From: Camelus ferus
Taxonomy: Eukaryota
Direction: 5' to 3'
NCBI RefSeq assembly: GCF_009834535.1
Contig: NC_045698.1
Span: forward strand, 2,730,001-2,794,000
DNA length: 64,000 nt
The notes beneath the pieces were generated by a model. It did not search any database, was not told where the DNA came from, and saw only the letters and a list, made by a program, of their open reading frames with translations. Positions 60,880 to 64,000 of this stretch are shown piece after piece (positions within the stretch are counted from its first letter, which is position 1; each line of letters begins with the position of its first letter). The translations under genes were made by a program, and so were the position numbers.

Positions 60880-63800
60880 AGCTACATCACTTGGGGTGAA
60901 ATTACCGGTTTCCAGCATCTTCAGAGGTCTGTTTCCTTTAGTAGGAGAGACACAAGGGCTTTCCAAGGTGGCTGCTGTAACCCATGCCTTCACCAGCTCT
61001 GCGGGAGGTTGGGCAGCACTCCCTGGCCCTTATTTGCTAATACCAGTCCTTTTTAATTTCAGCTCTTCTGCAAAACAATGGAAGGTTAAAAAAAAAAAGG
61101 CAATGAGAAAGAAAAGACAGGTAACCCATACTTCTACTAAATATCAAGCTAGAAGCTTTCTGATACATGTATGTCTTTACTCCAGGAGGTGTCTCTTGAT
61201 GAGCTCAGGGTAATTCTGTGGCTTTTCAGCCAGCAAAAGAGCTTGGGCCCTGGACCAGAGCTTTCTCATGGGTTTTCTCAGCCTCTGGTCCTACACTATC
61301 CTGCAAGGCTGCTTGGAACCTCTGTGGAGCCAATGGAAGCTGATGACTGGTCTTGGAGCCATGAGGCTGGGCTCGTGTTGCCCCATCTTGGCCACGGTTC
61401 ATGTGGGGAGGACCCTCCTCCATAACCACGTCTCTCATCAGAATCTGATACCCACGTCCTCACCTCTCTGGGTTTTGAGTGAAACGACTCTGATGAAAAA
61501 GTCTTACTAAAGCCTGGGGCTAGGTGCCCACCTGTCCGGTGGAATTAGGGAACTGCCTGACCTGTGCTTGCCGGACGGCCTGGAAGGAGCTGGGGCTGCT
61601 CGCCCCCTCCATCCACTTCAATGCCAAGTGCAGCAGCCTTGCCCTGAGACCCTCTGGGCACAGGCAGAGTCGAGGGAGCCCCAAAGAAGGAAGACTCAAA
61701 GAGCATGAGCTGCCCTGGTCCTGTGAGGCGGGGAGAAAGCACTCTGGGGACCAAGGGGCTGGAGGTGTGTAGGCAGTGATGTATTAAGGGAAAGGGTCTG
61801 CCTTATCATATTTTTGTAATCCCAGCAGAATAAGCTGGACAAAGCTAGAACAAAAGCAAACACTTTCGGCATTAAATATAAATACCATATTTATACTCAA
61901 CTGCACAGAACGTTCCTTGGCTTCAGTATTTACTGGACAATTGTGTGCACAAGGAGCTGCTCAAAGGAGGATGGTCCTGTGGACCCAAGAAAGTGAGGCA
62001 GTGAGTTAAACGCCAGTGGCTGTCATGGATGCCAACTAGTGTGGATTTGAAACATGACCTAAACATGGTACAGACCAAAGTGTACCCAGACCTGTGGACT
62101 GTTCCTGAACGGCCAGCATCCCCTCCTCAGAGCCCATGCACCTGGTGGCAAGCACGCAGCAAAGGCACGAGCGACGAGAGCAGCACAACTGCCCCTTCAC
62201 AGCCACTTCTCGTCGGCAGCAGGTTTCTTCAAGACTGTCCAAGATTTCAAAGAAGAATCCATTCCCCTCAGTTAAATTAAAGCAGATGCAACTGCTGGAA
62301 AATTTGGCACAATTATCTTTAGAGTGTCATGACCGGTTCACCCGTCCCCAGTGCTGAAATCTTACCGTCTTGTTTATTTGCATTTGTTCTGCTTTGCTGT
62401 TTGATGCATTGCTATTTGTTGTGTTGCAACCCCAAATAAATGATATATTTGAAAATCTGACAAAGTGATGTGGGTCCAGAGAGTCCAGAAAGGACTCAGG
62501 GACTCAGGGACTTAGAGGAGAGGGTTGTGAGCACCATGACTACCTGGAATTCCTGTGTGAATACACGTAGCTTGTGTGCTGAGTTTGACATGAGATGAGC
62601 TTTTGCCGTTTCTTTTGCCCGGGGATCTTCAACAATATCTTGTGTCTCTCATGCGTTTATCACTGTTGAGGGGGAAAGGGCAGATTCCTTCTAATTAAGA
62701 GGATAGACAGATATGGATTGATTTGGGTCAGCCTAAAACAACAGTTTACAGTCCTCCTGAAGCCCATATTAATGTCAACTTAGTAGAAAGGGGCTTTTTC
62801 CTCCTAACGGGGAGTGATGAGCAAGGATGCTGGTGCCGTTGGCTGCTGCCTCTCCCCTGAGCCAGGCCTGGGGCCTGGGACCTGAGACCCTCCCTCCCTC
62901 CCTCCCCCTTTCTGTCCCGGGCTCTGGCCTGGCCCATGTGTTCAGCTGTCTGTCTTATTCTGACACAAGATCTTCCCCCAGATTTATTAACCTCTTTCCT
63001 TCATCTCTTTCAGAGAATCCCAGCAGTTTTAATGGTGGATCATTTTTCATGAAAGCAGAGAGCTTTTTTTTGAATGAGCTTCTAGTTTATGAGTCTGTCT
63101 GGAAGGGTTTGCGAGGGGGCTCATTTATGCTGCTGGAAAACCTACCATAAATTTTCATGAGAGAAGACTTTCGGTTTCAAAACAGAAGTTGCGTCTTGTT
63201 GGCAGTGAGCCACCGGCCACATCTCCCCGGTTCCGCCGCGGCTTCAGGGAAGTCCCTCTGGGAGCCTCCAAAAGTTGTGCTTTTCTGTTTCATTTTGGAA
63301 GGAATCCGCTTCTGTTGTGACCTTCCCATCAGGATAATAGCCCGCAGGGTGAGCAGCGACCCAGAGAGGACCCACAGGAAGCACATCTATGAGGGTGAAT
63401 TCACTTTGGGAGAATTCCCATGAACAGAGGGGCAGAGGAGGGCCATCGGGGCTGAGAAAGAGAAACTGACTCAGAGTGAGGGCTTCTGAGTCCCCGCCCT
63501 CCCGTCTGTCCCTGGATCTCAGCAGCCAGTTTGGGGAAGCCTTGGATTGATCAGGGACCTGGGAGATGCTGCTCACAGTCGGGTCGGCTAGAGACGCAGT
63601 GGGGCCGACACTGTTGGTGTGTTCACTCGGCCCGCGGGTCATCACGATGGCACGTAAACAGGGATCTCTCCACACAGCACCTTCTCCCAAGGAGTTTAGT
63701 GTGTTTGCAAAACAGGAACAGATAAAGAATAGTAACACGACTCTGAAACAACACCTCCCAGGAGAAGACGTCAGTGAATCAATCAAGAGAAAAAGTCTGT

Positions 63801-64000
63801 GGGAAGCAAGAGACCAGCTCGAGGCACAGAGAAATGAGAAGCCAGATCCACTGGCGGCTGGGGCCGAGGGCTCTGCCCGGGGCCCACCGAGCACGAGAAG
63901 CCACCTCCCACCCTCGCTGCCTCTGGCCCAGCCTGGATGCGTGAAAACTCTTGGTGGAGCCAGAATTATTAACCCCATTTTACAGGAGAGCTGGGGAGCA

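Noticed and set aside
63244..63978. 244-aa minus-strand ORF, the longest in the track
   Set aside because: Its ATG is within a MIR-like segment, and there is no recognisable domain or supporting promoter or splice context.
1..64000. CRISPR array, operon or other prokaryote-type system
   Set aside because: The DNA is mammalian, with no repeat-spacer array or dense coding organisation.

Overview
Mammalian non-coding DNA, probably cetartiodactyl and most likely camelid. That assignment is an inference: the young L1 3' ends have the camelid-type terminus (...CAGAAATTGACACAACATTGTAAACTGACTATA...CAATAAAA), a MER41-like solo LTR is present, and I see no Alu, BovB/Bov-A or PRE-1 SINEs. No protein-coding gene, tRNA, rRNA or CRISPR array can be supported. 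The listed ORFs are L1 ORF2 remnants, L2/LTR debris or chance GC-rich frames. The window holds many interspersed repeats (L1, L2, MIR, MLT1/MLT2, ERV1 LTR, hAT, Tigger); subfamily names are from my recall of consensus sequences and repeat boundaries are approximate. It also has a promoter-like CpG island at about 21.1-21.6 kb followed by candidate + strand exons (lncRNA-like), further CpG-rich blocks, and several repeat-free clusters of homeodomain/SOX/bHLH motifs resembling developmental enhancers. The most notable observations are localised AT-to-GC shifted repeats (possible GC-biased gene conversion hotspots), a diverged ~280-bp local duplication, an unexplained A-tailed insert inside an L1 3' end, an intact solo LTR with GAS-like and AP-1 motifs, and a clean orphan exon at 40128-40272 with an open frame and a hairpin. 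I found no convincing new biological system.
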